From NCBI RefSeq assembly GCF_036365525.1, contig NC_090399.1, forward strand, positions 66,520,862 to 66,584,861: 64,000 nt of DNA, written 5' to 3'. Made by a program: the position numbers and the translations under genes. Under the pieces are notes generated by a model that saw only the letters and a list, made by a program, of their open reading frames with translations, did no database searches and had not been told where the DNA came from. Of the stretch, positions 40,001 to 53,821 are shown in pieces. Within the stretch, counting starts at the first letter, position 1. Every line of letters begins with the position of its first letter. The stretch comes from Heterodontus francisci. Lineage: Eukaryota.

Positions 40001-43000
40001 ATTGCTGGGGTCAGGGGTCTGATCCCCAGTTTAAAGGGGTATGTACCATTCCTGCGGTCAGGTCTAATCCGCAGTTTAAAGGGATATGTACCATTCCAGA
40101 GGTCAGGGCTCTGATCCCCAGTTTCAAGGGTATGTTCCGTTCTTTGGGGTCAGGATCCGATCGCCAGTTTAAAGGGATATGTACCATTCCCTGGGGTCAG
40201 GGGTCTAATCCCCAGTTGAAAGGGATATGTACCATTCCTAGGGGTCAGGTGTCTAACCCCAGTTTAAAGGGATATGTAACATTCCCCGGGGTCAGGGGTC
40301 TAATCCCTCATTTAAAGGGGTATGTACAATTCCCTGGGGTCAGGGGTCTAATCCCCAGTTGAAAGGGATATGTACCATTCCCTGGGGTCAGGTGTGTAAC
40401 CCCAGTTTAAAGGGATAGGTACCATTCCCTGGGGTCAGATGTCTAACCCCAGTTTAAAGGGATATATACCATTTCCCGAGGTCAGGGGTTTAATCCGCAG
40501 TTTAAAGGGGTATGTACCATTCCTGGGGTCAGGTGTCTGATCCCAAATTTAAAGGGGTATGTACCATTCCTGGGGTCAGGGGTCTAATCCCCAGTTTAAA
40601 GGGGTATGTACCATTCCCTGGGGTCAGGGGTCTAATCCCCAGTTGAAAGGGATATGTACCATTCCCTGGGGTCAGGTGTCTAACCCCAGTTTAAAGGGAT
40701 ATGTACCATTCCCTGGGGTCAGGTGTCCAACCCCAGTTTAAAGGGATATGTACCGTTCCTTGGGGTCAGGGGTCTGATCCCCAGTATAAAGGGGTATGTA
40801 CCATTTCTGGGGTCGGGGGTCTGATCCCCAGTTTAAAGGGGTATGTACCATTCCTGGTGTCAGGGGTCTAATCCGCAGTTTAAAGGGGTATGTACCATTC
40901 CTGGGGTCAGGGATCTGATCCCCAGTTTAAAGGGGTATGGACCATTCCTGAGGTCAGGGGTCTGATCCCCAGTTTAAAGGGATATGTACCGATCCTTGGG
41001 GTCAGGGGTCTAATCCCCAGTTTAAAGGGATATGTACCATTTCCTGAGGTCAGGGGTCTAATCCCCAGTTTAAAGGGGTATGTACCATTCCTGAGGTCAG
41101 GGGTCTGATCCCCAGTTTAAAGGGATATGTAACGTTCCTTGGGGTCAGGGGACTGATCCCCAGTTTAAAGGGATATGTACCGTTCCTTGGGGTCAGGGGT
41201 CTTATCCCAAATTTAAAGGGGTATGTACCATTTCTGGGGTCAGGGGTCTGATCCCCAGTTTAAAGTGGTACGTACCATTCCTGGGGTCAGGTCTAATCCG
41301 CAGTTTAAAGGGGTATGTACCATTCCTGGGGTCAGGGGTCTGATCCCCAGTTTAAAGTGGTATGTACCATTCCTGCGGTCAGGTCTAATCCGCAGTTTAA
41401 AGGGGTATGTACCATTCTTGGGGTCAGGGGTCTGATCCCCAGTTTAAAGGGGTATGTACCATTCCTGAGGTCAGGTGTCTGATCCCCAGTTTAAAGGGAT
41501 ATGCAACGTTCCTTGGGGTCAGGGGACTGATCCCCAGTTTAAAGGGATATGTACCGTTACTTGGGGTCAGGGGTCTTATCCCAAATTTAAAGGGGTATGT
41601 ATCATTTCTGGGGTCAGGGGTCTGATCCCCAGTTTAAAGGGGTATGTACCATTCCTGGGGTCAGGTCTAATCCACAGTTTAAAGGGGTATGTACCATTCC
41701 TGGGGTCAGGGGTCTGATCCCCAGTTTAAAGGGGTATGTACCATTTCTGCGGTCAGGTCTAATCCGCAGTTTAAAGGGATATGTACCATTCCAGAGGTCA
41801 GGGGTCTGATCCCCAGTTTCAAGGGTATGTTCCGTTCTTTGGGGTCAGGATCCGATCGCCAGTTTAAAGGGATATGTACCATTCCCTGGGGTCAGGGGTC
41901 TAATCCCCAGTTGAAAGGGATATGTACCATTCCCTGGGGTCAGGTGTCCAACCCCAGTTTAAAGGGATAGGTACCATTCCCTGGGGTCAGGGGTCTAATC
42001 CCTCATTTAAAGGGGTATGTACCATTCCCTGGGGTCAGGGGTCTAATCCCCAGTTGAAAGGGATATGTACCATTCCCTGGGGTCAGGTGTCTAACCCCAG
42101 TTTAAAGGGATAGGTACCATTCCCTGGGGTCAGGTGTCCAACCCCAGTTTAAAGGGATAGGTACCATTCCCTGGGGTCAGGGGTCTAATCCCTCATTTAA
42201 AGGGGTATGTACCATTCCCTGGGGTCAGGTGTCCAACCCCAGTTAAAAGGGATATGTACCATTCCCTGGGGTCAGGTGTCTAACCCCAGTTTAAAGGGAT
42301 ATGTACCATTTCCCGAGGTCAGGGGTCTAATCCGCAGTTTAAAGGGGTATGTACCATTCCTGGGGTCAGGTGTCTGATCCCAAATTTAAAGGGGTATGTA
42401 CCATTTCTGGGGTCGGGGGTCTGATCCCCAGTTTAAAGGGGTATGTACCATTCCTGGTGTCAGGGGTCTAATCCGCAGTTTAAAGGGGTATGTACCATTC
42501 CTGGGGTCAGGGATCTGATCCCCAGTTTAAAGGGGTATGGACCATTCCTGAGGTCAGGGGTCTGATCCCCAGTTTAAAGGGATATGTACCGATCCTTGGG
42601 GTCAGGGGTCTAATCCCCAGTTTAAAGGGATATGTACCATTTCCTGAGGTCAGGGGTCTAATCCCCAGTTTAAAGGGATATGTACCATTTCCCGAGGTCA
42701 CGGGACTGATCCCCAGTTTAAAGGGGTATGTACCATTCCTGAGGTCAGGTGTCTGATCCCCAGTTTAAAGGGATATGTAACGTTCCTTGGGGTCAGGGGA
42801 CTGATCCCCAGTTTAAAGGGATATGTACCGATCCTTTGGGTCAGGGGTCTAATCCCAAATTTAAAGGGGTATGTACCATTTCTGGGGTCAGGGGTCTGAT
42901 CCCCAGTTTAAAGTGGTACGTACCATTCCTGGGGTCAGGTCTAATCCGCAGTTTAAAGGGGTATGTACCATTCCTGGGGTCAGGGGTCTGATCCCCAGTT

Positions 43001-46000
43001 TAAAGTGGTATGTACCATTCCTGCGGTCAGGTCTAATCCGCAGTTTAAAGGGATATGTACCATTCCAGAGGTCAGGGGTCTGATCCCCAGTTTAAAGGGG
43101 TATGTACCATTCCTGGGGTCAGGGGACTGATCCCAGTTTAACGGGATCTGTACTGCTCCCGGGGTCAGTGGTCTGATCCCCAGTTTAAAGGGTATGTTCC
43201 ATTCTTTGGGGTCTGGGTCCGCTCGCCAGTTTAAAGGGATATGTACCATTCCCTGGGGTCAGGGGTCTAATCCCTCATTTAAAGGGATATGTACCATTTC
43301 CTGGGGTCAGGAATCTAATCCGCAGTTGAAAGGGATATGTATCATTCCTGGGGTCAGGGCTCTGATCTCCAGTTTAAAGGGGTATGTACCATTCCCTGGG
43401 GTCAGGGGTCTGATCCCCAGTTTAAAGAGTATGTACCATTCCCTGGGGTCAGGTGCCAACCCCAGTTGAAAGGGATATGTACCATTCCCTGGGGTCAGGG
43501 GTCTATTCCTCAGTTTAAAGGAATATGTACCATTCCTGGGGTCAGGGGTCTAATCCCCAGTTTAAAGGGATATGTACCATTCCTGGGGTCAGGGGTCTAA
43601 TCCTCAGTTTAAAGGAATATGTACCATTCCCTGGGGACAGGTGTCTAATCCGCAGTTTAAAGGGGGATGTCCGATTTCCCGAGGTCAGGGGTCTAATCCT
43701 CAGTTTAAAGGAATATGTACCATTCCTGGGGTCAGGGGTCTAATCCTCAGTTTAAAGGGGTATGTACCATTCCTGGGGACAGGTGTCTAATCCGCAGTTT
43801 AAAGGGGTATGTACCATTCCTGAGGTCAGGTGTCTGATCCCCAGTTTAAAGGGATATGTACTGGTCATTGGGGTCAGGGGACTGATCCCCAGTTGAAAGG
43901 GATATGTACCGTTCCTTGGGGTCAGGGGTCTTACCCCAAGTTTAAAGGGGTATGTACCATTTCTGGGGTCAGGGGTCTGATCCCCAGTTTAAAGGGGTAT
44001 GTACCGGTCCTTGGGGCAGGTGCCAACCCCAGTTTAAAGGGATATGTACCATTCCCTGGGGTCAGGGCTCTGATCTCCAGTTTAAAGGGATATGTACCGT
44101 TCTTTGGGGTCAGGGGTCTGATCCGAAGTTTAAAGGGGTATGTACCATTCCTTGGGGTCAGGGGTCTGATCCCCAGTTTAAAGGGATATGTACCGTTCCT
44201 TGAGGTCAGGGGTCTGATCCCAAGTTTAAAGGGGTATGTACCATTCCTGAGGTCAGGGCTCTGATCTCCAGTTTAAAGGGGTATGTACCATTCCTGGGGT
44301 CAGGGGTCTGATCCCCAGTTTAAAGGGTATGTACCATTCCTGGCGTCAGGGCTCTGATCTCCAGTTTAAAGGGATATGTACCATTCCCTGGGGTCAGGGG
44401 TCTGATCCCCAGTTTAAAGGGATATGTACCGTTCCTTGGGGTCAGGGGTCTGATCCCAAGTTTAAAGGGGTATGTACCATTCCTGGGGTCAGGTCTCTGA
44501 TCTCCAGTTTAAAGGGATATGTACCGTTCCTTGGGGACAGGGGTCTAATCTCCAGTTTAAAGCGATATGTACCATTCCTGGGGTCAGGGGTCTAATCCTC
44601 AGTTTAAAGGAATATGTACCATTCCTGGGGTCAGGGGTCGATTCCTCAGTTTTAAGGAATATGTACCATTCCAGGGGTCAGGGGTCTAATCCCCAGTTTA
44701 AAGGGATATGTACCATTCCTGGGGTCAGGGGTCTAATCCTCAGTTTAAAGGAATTTGTACCATTCCCTGGGGACAGGTTTCTAATCCGCAGTTTAAAGGG
44801 GTATGTCCGATTTCCCGAGGTAAGGGGTCTAATCCTCAGTTTAAAGGAATATGTACCATTCCTGGGGTCAGGGGTCTAATCCTCAGTTTAAAGGAATATA
44901 TACCATTCCTGGGGTCAGGGGTCTAATCCTCAGTTTAAAGGGGTATGTACCATTCCCTGGGGACAGGTGTCTAATCCGCAGTTTAAAGGGGGATGTACCA
45001 TTCCTGAGGTCAGGTGTCTGATCCCCAGTTTAAAGGGATATGTACTGGTCATTGGGGTCAGGGGACTGATCCCCAGTTTAAAGGGATATGTACCGTTCCT
45101 TGGGGTCAGGGGTCTTACCCCAAGTTTAAAGGGGTATGTACCATTTCTGGGGTCAGGGGTCCGATACCCAGTTTAAAGGGGTATGTACCGGTCCTTGGGG
45201 TCAGGGGATTGATCCCCAGTTTAAAGGGATATGTACCGTTTCTTGGGGTCAGGGGTCTGATCCCCAGTTTAAAGGGGTATGTACCATTCCTTGGGGTCAG
45301 GTCTAATCTGCAGTTTAAAGGGGTATGTACCATTCCTGGGGTCAGGGGTCTGATCCCCAGTTTAAAGGGGTATGTACCATTCCTGGGGTCAGGTGTCTGA
45401 TCCCCAGTTTAAAGGGGTATGTACCATTCCTGGGGTCAGGGGTCTTATCCACAGTTTAAAGGGATATATACCGTTCCTTGGGGTCAGTGGTCTTATCCCA
45501 AGCTTAAAGGGGTATGTACCATTCCAGAGGTCAGGGGTCTGATCCCCAGTTTAAAGGGGTATGTACCATTCCTGGGGTCAGGGGACTGATCCCCAGTTTA
45601 AAGGGATCTGTACTGCTCCCGGGGTCAGGGGTCTGATCCCCAGTTTCAAGGGTATGTTCCGTTCTTTGGGGTCAGGATCCGATCGCCAGTTTAAAGTATA
45701 TGTCCCATTCCCTGGGGTCAGGGGTCTAATCCTTCATTTAAAGGGGTATGTACCATTCCCTGGGGTCAGGGGTCTAATCCCCAGTTTAAAGGGATACGTA
45801 CCATTCCCTGGGGTCAGGTGTCTCACCCCAGTTTAAAGGGATTATGTACCATTCCCTGGGGTCAGGTGTCTAACCCCAGTTTAAAGGGATAGATACCATT
45901 CCCTGGGGTCAGGTGTCTAACCCCAGTTTAAAGGGATATGTAACATTCCCTGGGGTCTGGTGTCCAACCCCAGTTTAAAGGGATATGTACCATTCCCTGG

Positions 46001-49000
46001 GGTCAGGTGTCTAACCCCAGTTTAAAGGGATATGTACCATTCCCTGGGGTCAGGTGTCTAACCCCAGTTTAAAGGGGTATGTACCGTTCCTTGGGGTCAG
46101 GGGTCTGATCCCCAGTTTCAAGGGTATGTTCCGTTCTTTGGGGTCAGGATCCGATCGCCAGTTTAAAGGGGTATGTACCATTCCCTGGGGTCAGGGGTCT
46201 AATCCCCAGTTGAAAGGGATATGTACCATTCCCTGGGGTCAGGGGTCTAATCCCCAGTTTAAAGGGGTATGTACCGTTTCTTGGGGTCAGGGGTCTGATC
46301 CCCAGTTTAAAGGGGTATGTACCAATCCTTGGGGTCAGGTCTAATCTGCAGTTTAAAGGGGGATGTACCATTCCTGGGGTCAGGGGTCTGATCCCCAGTT
46401 TAAAGGGGTATGTACCATTCCTGGGGTCAGGGGTCTGATCCCCAGTTTAAAGGTGTATGTACCATTCCTGGGGTCAGGAGTCTGATCCGCAGTTTAAAGG
46501 GGTATGTACCATTCCAGAGGTCAGGGGTCTGACCCCCAGTTTAAAGGGGTATGTACCATTCTTGGGGTCAGGGGACTGATCCCCAGTTTAAAGGGATCTG
46601 TACTGCTCCCGGGGTCAGGGGTCTGATCCCCTGTTTCAAGGGTATGTTCCGTTCTTTGGGGTCAGGATCCGATCGCCAGTTTAAGGTATATGTACCATTC
46701 CCTGGGGTCAGGGGTCTAATCCCTCATTTAAAGGGGTATGTACCATTCCCTGGGGTCAGGGGTCTAATCCCCAGTTTAAAGGGATAGGTACCATTCCCTG
46801 GGGTCAGGTGTCTAACCCCAGTTTAAAGGGATATGTACCATTCCCTGGGGTCAGGTGTCTAACCCCAGTTTAAAGGGATAGATACCATTCCCTGGGGTCA
46901 GGTGTCTAACCCCAGTTTCAAGGGATATGTACCATTCCCTGGGGTCTGGTGTCCAACCCCAGTTTAAAGGGATATGTACCATTCCCTGGAGTCAGGGGTC
47001 TAATCCCCAGTTGAAAGGGATATGTACCATTCCCTGGGATCAGGGGTCTAATCCCCAGTTGAAAGGGATATGTACCATTCCCTGGGGTCAGGTGTCTAAC
47101 CCCAGTTTAAAGGGGTATGTACCGTTCCTTGGGGTCAGGGGACTGATCCCCAGTTTAAGGGGATCTGTACTGCTCCCGGGGTCAGGGGTCTGATCCCCAG
47201 TTTCAAGGGTATGTTCCGTTCTTTGGGGTCAGGATCCGATCGCCAGTTTAAAGGGGTATGTACCATTCCCTGGGGTCAGGGGTCTAATCCCCAGTTTAAA
47301 GGGATATGTACCATTCCCTGGGGTCAGGTGTCCAACCCCAGTTTAAAGGGATATGTACCATTCCCTGGGGTCAGGTGTCCAACCCCAGTTTAAAGGGATA
47401 TGTACCGTTCCTTGGGGTCAGGGGTCTGATCCCCAGTATAAAGGGGTATGTACCATTTCTGGGGTCAGGGGTCTGATCCCCAGTTTAAAGGGGTATGTAC
47501 CATTCCTGGGGTCAGGTTGAATCCGCAGTTTAAAGGGGTATGTACCATTCCTGGGGTCAGGGGTCTGATCCCCAGTTTGAAGGGGTATGTACCATTCCTG
47601 GGGTCAGGGGTCTAATCCACAGTTTTAAGGGATATGTCCCGTTCCTTGGGGTCAGTGGTCTTAGCCCAAGCTTAAAGGGGTATGTACCATTCCAGAGTTC
47701 AGGGGTCTGATCCCCAGTTTGAAGGGGTATGTACCATTCCTGGGGTCAGGGAACTGATCCCCAGTTTAAAGGGATATGTACCGTTCCTTGGGGTCAGGTG
47801 TCTGATCCCCAGTTTAAAGGGGTATGTACCATTCCTGGGGTCAGGGGTCTGATCCCCAGTTTAAAGGGGTATGTACCATTCCACAGGTCAGGGGTCTGAT
47901 CCCCAGTTTGAAGGGGTATGTACCATTCCTGGGGTCAGAAAACTGATCCCCGGTTTAAAGGGGTATGTACCGTTCCTTGGGGTCAGGGGACTGATCCCCA
48001 GTTTAAAGGGATATGTACCGTTCCTTGGGGTCAGGGGTCTGATCCCAAGTTTAAAGGGGTATGTACCATTCCTGCGGTCAGGGCTCTGATCCCCAGTTTA
48101 AAGGGGTATGTACCATTACCTGGGGTCAGGGGTCTAATCCCCAGTTTAAAGGGGTATGTACCATTCCTTGGGGTCAGGGGACTAATACCCAGTTTAAAGG
48201 GATATGTACCGTTCCCTGGGGTCAGGGGTCTGATCCCCAGTTTAAAGGGATATGTACCGTTCCTTGGGGTCAGGGGACTGATCCCCAGTTTAAAGGGATA
48301 TGTACCGTTCCTTGGGGTCAGGGGACTGATCCCCAGTTTAAACTGATATGTACCGTTCCTTGGGGTCAGGGGACTGATCCCCAGTTTAAAGGGGTATGTA
48401 CCATTCCCTGGGGTCAGGTGACTGATCCCCAGATTAAAGGGATATGTACCGTTCCCTGAGGTCAGGGGTCTGATCCCCAGTTTAAAGTGGTATGTACCAT
48501 ACCTGGGGTCTGGGGTCTAATCCCCAGTTTAAAGGGATATGTACCATTACCTGGTGTCAGGGGACTGATACCCAGTTTAAAGGGATATGTACCGTTCCCT
48601 GAGGTCAGGGGTCTGATCCCCAGTTTAAAGGGGTATGTACCATACCTGGGGTCTAATCCCCAGTTTAAAGGGATATGTACCATTACCTGGTGTCAGGGGA
48701 CTGATCCCCAGTTTAAAGGGATATGTACCGTTCCTTGGGGTCAGGGGACTGATCCCCAGTTTAAAGGGGTATGTACCATTCCTGGGGTCAGGGGTCTAAT
48801 CCGCAGTTTAAAGGGGTATGTCCCATTCCTTGGGGTCAGGGCACTGATCCCCAGTTTAAAGGGGTATGTACCATTCCTGGGGTCAGGTGTCTAATCCGCA
48901 GTTTAAAGGGGTATGTCCCATTCCTGAGGTCAGGGGTCTGATCCCCCGTTTAAAGGAATATGTACCATTCCCTGGGGACAGGGGTCTAATCCCTCATTTA

Positions 49001-52000
49001 AAGGGGTATGTACCATTCCCTGGGGTCAGGGGTATAATCCCCAGTTGAAAGGGATTTGTACCATTCCCTGGGGTCAGGAGTCTAACCCCAGTTTAAAGGG
49101 ATATGTACCATTCCCTGGGGTCAGGTGTCTAACCCCAGTTTAAAGGGGTATGTACCATTCCCTGGGGTCAGGTGTCTAACCCCAGTTTAAAGGGATATGT
49201 ACCATTCCCCGGGGTGAGGTGTCTAACCCCAGTTTAAAGGGATATGTACCATTCCCTGGGGTCAGGTGTCCAACCCCAGTTTAAAGGGATATGTACCGTT
49301 CCTTGGGGTCAGGGGTCTGATCCCCAGTATAAAGGGGTATGTACCATTTCTGGGTTCAGGGGTCTGATCCCCAGTTTAAAGGGGTATGTACCATTCCTGG
49401 GGTCAGGTCGAATCCGCAGTTTATTGGGGTATGTACCATTCCTGGGGTCAGGGGTCTAATCCACAGTTTAAAGGGGTATGTACCAATCCAGAGTTCAGGG
49501 GTCTGATCCCCAGTTTGAAGGGGTATGTACCATTCCTGGGGTCAGGGAACTGATCCCCGGTTTAAAGGGGTATGTACCGTTCCTTGGGGTCAGGGGTCTA
49601 ATCCGCAGTTTAAAGGGGTATGTCCCATTCCTTGGGGTCAGGGCACTGATCCCCAGTTTAAAGGGGTATGTACCATTCCTGGGGTCAGGTGTCTAATCCG
49701 CAGTTTAAAGGGGTATGTCCCATTCCTGAGGTCAGGGGTCTGATCCCCCGTTTAAAGGAATATGTACCATTCCCTGGGGTCAGGGGTCTAATCCCTCATT
49801 TAAAGGGGCATTTACCATTCCCTGGGGTCAGGGGTATAATCCCCAGTTGAAAGGGATATGTACCATTCCCTGGGGTCAGGTGTCTAACCCCAGTTTAAAG
49901 GGATATGTACCATTCCCTGGGGTCAGGTGTCTAACCCCAGTTTAAAGGGGTATGTACCATTCCCTGGGGTCAGGTGTCTAACCCCAGTTTAAAGGGATAT
50001 GTACCATTCCCTGGGGTGAGGTGTCTAACCCCAGTTTAAAGGGATATGTACCATTCCCTGGGGTCAGGTGTCCAACCCCAGTTTAAAGGGATATGTACCG
50101 TTCCTTGGGGTCAGGGGTCTGATCCCCAGTATAAAGGGGTATGTACCATTTCTGGGGTCAGGGGTCTGATCCCCAGTTTAAAGGGGTATGTACCATTCCT
50201 GGGGTCAGGGGTCTAATCCACAGTTTAAAGGGATATGTCCTGTTCCTTGGGGTCAGTGGTCTTAGCCCAAGCTTAAAGGGGTATGTACCAATCCAGAGTT
50301 CAGGGGTCTGATCCCCAGTTTGAAGGGGTATGTACCATTCCTGGGGTCAGGGGTCTAATCCCCAGTTTAAAGGGGTATGTACCGTTCCTTGGGGTCAGGG
50401 GACTGATCCCCAGTTTAAAGGGATATGTACCGTTCCTTGGGGTCAGGGGTCTGATCCCAAGTTTAAAGTGGTATGTACCATTCCTGGGGTCAGGGGTCTG
50501 AGCCCCAGTTTCAAGGGGTATGTACCATTCCAGAGGTCAGGGGCTGATCCCCAATTTAAAGGGGTATGTACCATTCCAGAGGTCAGGGGTCTGATCCCCA
50601 GTTTAAAGGGGTATGTACCATTTTGGGGTCAGGGGTCTGATCCCCAGTTTAAAGGGATATGTACCGTTCCTTGGGGTCAGGTGTCTGATCCCCAGTTTAA
50701 AGGGATATGTACCGTTCCCTGAGGTCAGGGGTCTGATCCCAAGTTTAAAGGGGTATGTACCATTCCTGGGGTCAGGGGTCTGAGCCCCAGTTTCAAGGGG
50801 TATGTACCATTCCAGAGGTCAGGGGCTGATCCCCAATTTAAAGTGGTATGTACCATTCCAGAGGTCAGGGGTCTGATCCCCAGTTTAAAGGGGTATGTAC
50901 CATTTTGGGGTCAGGGGTCTGATCCCCAGTTTAAAGGGGTATGTACCATTCCAGAGGTCAGGGGTCTGATCCCCAGTTTGAAGGGGTATGTACCATTCCT
51001 GGGGTCAGGGAACTGATCCCCGGTTTAAAGGGGTATGTACCGTTCCTTGGGGTCAGGGGACTGATCCCCAGTTTAAAGGGATATGTACCGTTCCTTGGGG
51101 TCAGGTGTCTGATCCCCAGTTTAAAGGGATATGTACCGTTCCCTGAGGTCAGGGGTCTGATCCCCAGTTTAAAGGGGTATGTACCATACCTGGGGTCTGG
51201 GGTCTAATCCCCAGTTAAAAGGGATATTTCCCATTCCTGGGGTCAGGGGACTGATCCCCAGTTTAAATGGGTATGTACCATTCCTGAGGTCAGGGGTCTG
51301 ATCCCCCGTTTAAAGGAATATGTACCATTCCCTGGAGTCAGGGGTCTAATCCCTCATTTAAAGGGGTATGTACCATTCCCTGGGGTCAGGGGTCTAATCC
51401 CTCATTTAAAGGGATATGTACCATTCCCTGGGGTCAGGTGTCGAACCCCAGTTTAAAGGGATATGTACCATTACCTGGGGTCAGGTGTCTAACCCCAGTT
51501 TAAAGGGATATGTACCATTCCCTGGGGTCTGGAATCTAATCCGCAGTTTAAAGGGATAAGTACCGTTCCTTGGGGTCAGGGGTCTAAACCCCAGTTTAAA
51601 GGGATATGTACCATTTCTGGGGTCAGGGGTCTAATCCACAATTTAAAGGGATATGTACCGTTCCTTGGGGTCAGGGGTCTGATTCCCAGTTTAAAAGGGT
51701 ATGTTCCATTCCAGGGGTCAGGGGTCTGATCCCCAGTTTAAAGGGGTATGTACCATTCCTGAGGTCAGGGGTCTGATCCCCCGTTTAAAGGGGTATGTAC
51801 CGTTCCTTGGGGTCAGGGGTCTGATCCCCAGTTTAAAGGAATATGTTCCGTTCCCGGTGGTCAGTGGACTGATCCCAGTTTCAAGGGGTATGTACCGTTC
51901 CTTGGGGTCAGGGGACTGATCCCCAGTTTTAAGGGATATGTACCATTCCTGGGGTCAGGTGTCTGATCCCCAGTTTAAAGGGACATGTACCATTCCTGGG

Positions 52001-53780
52001 GTCAGGGTTCTGATCCCCAGTTTAAAGGGGTGTAATCCCCAGTTTAAAGGGGTATGTACCATACCTGGGGTCTGGGGTCTAATCCCCAGTTTAAAGGGAT
52101 ATGTACCATTACCTGGTGTCAGGGGACTGATACCCAGTTTAAAGGGATATGTACCGTTCCTGGGGTCAGGGGTCTAATCCGCAGTTTAAAGGGGTATTTC
52201 CCATTCCTGGGGTCAGGGGACTGATCTCCAGTTTAAATGGGTATGTACCATTCCTGAGGTCAGGGGTCTGATCCCCCGTTTAAAGGAATATGTACCATTC
52301 CCTGGAGTCAGGGGTCTAATCCCTCATTTAAAGGGGTATGTACCATTCCCTGGGGTCAGGGGTCTAATCCCTCATTTAAAGGGATATGTACCATTCCCTG
52401 GGGTCAGGTGTCTAACCCCAGTTTAAAGGGATATGTACCATTACCTGGGGTCAGGTGTCTAACCCCAGTTTAAAGGGATATGTACCATTCCCTGGGGTCT
52501 GGAATCTAATCCGCAGTTTAAAGGGATAAGTACCGTTCCTTGGGGTCAGGGGTCTAAACCCCAGTTTAAAGGGATATGTACCATTCCTGGGGTCAGGGGT
52601 CTAATCCACAGTTTAAAGGGATATGTACCGTTCCTTGGGGTCAGGGGTCTGATTCCCAGTTTAAAAGGGTATGTACCATTCCAGGGGTCAGGGGTCTGAT
52701 CCCCAGTTTAAAGGGGTCTGTACCATTCCTGGGCTCAGGGGACTGATCCCCAGTTTAAATGGGTATGTACCATTCCTGAGGTCAGGGGTCTGATCCCCCG
52801 TTTAAAGGAATATGTTCCGTTCCCGGTGGTCAGTGGACTGATCCCAGTTTCAAGGGGTATGTACCGTTCCTTGGGGTCAGGGGACTGATCCCCAGTTTTA
52901 AGGGATATGTACCATTCCTGGGGTCAGGTGTCTGATCCCCAGTTTAAAGGGACATGTACCATTCCTGGGGTCAGGGTTCTGATCCCCAGTTTAAAGGGGT
53001 GTAATCCCCAGTTTAAAGGGGTATGTACCATACCTGGGGTCAGGAGTGTGATCCCCAGTTTAAAGGGATATGTACCATTCCTGGGGTCAGGGGTCTGATC
53101 TCCAGTTTAAAGGGACATGTACCATTCCTGGGGTCAGGGTTCTGATCCCCAGTTTAAAGGGGTGTAATCCCCAGTTTAAAGGGATATGTACCATTCCTGG
53201 GGTCAGGAGTGTGATCCCCAGTTTAAAGGGATATGTACTATTCCTGGGCTCAGGGGTCTGATCCCCAGTTTAAAGGGATATGTACCATTCCTGGGGTCAG
53301 GTGTCTGATCCCCAGTTGAAAGGGACATGTACCATTCCTGGGGTCAGGGTTCTGATCCCCAGTTTAAAGGGGTGTAATCCCCAGTTTAAAGGGATATGTA
53401 CCATTCCTGGGGTCAGGAGTGTGATCCCCAGTTTAAAGGGATATGTACTATTCCTGGGCTCAGGGGTCTGATCCCCAGTTTAAAGGGATATGTACCATTC
53501 CTGGGGTCAGGTGTCTGATCCCCAGTTGAAAGGGACATGTACCATTCCTGGGGTCAGGGTTCTGATCCCCTGTTTAAAGGGGTGTAATCCCCAGTTTCAA
53601 GGGATATGTACCATTCCTGGGGTCAGGGTTCTGATCCCCTGTTTAAAGGGGTGTAATCCCCAGTTTAAAGGGATATGTATTATTCCTGGGCTCAGGGGTC
53701 TGATCTCCAGTTTAAAGGGATATGTACCATTCCTGGGGTCAGGGGTCTGATCCCCAGTTTAAAGGGATATGCACCATTTT
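10083..53780. repeat. 43.7-kb intronic satellite, 47/48-bp unit GGGGTCAGGGGTCTGATCCCCAGTTTAAAGGGRTATGTACCATTCC(C)T, on the order of 900 monomers, with higher-order repeats
   Basis: Continuous tandem array with no interrupting unique sequence seen. It ends about 40 bp before the alpha3 acceptor. Confidence 0.99.
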
Positions 53781-53821
53781 CTGTCTCTTGCTGACTTATT
53801 TCTGATCCGTTTTACTCTCAG

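Noticed and set aside
10049-53750. Hundreds of GLIPSLKGYVPFPGVR-type ORFs suggesting a repeat protein
   Set aside because: Runs of 48-bp monomers are open by arithmetic, and 45-47-bp monomers break the frame constantly, so there is no frame conservation.
10083-53780. CRISPR-like appearance of regularly spaced palindromic repeats
   Set aside because: Units are head-to-tail with no unique spacers, there are no cas genes, and the context is a vertebrate intron.
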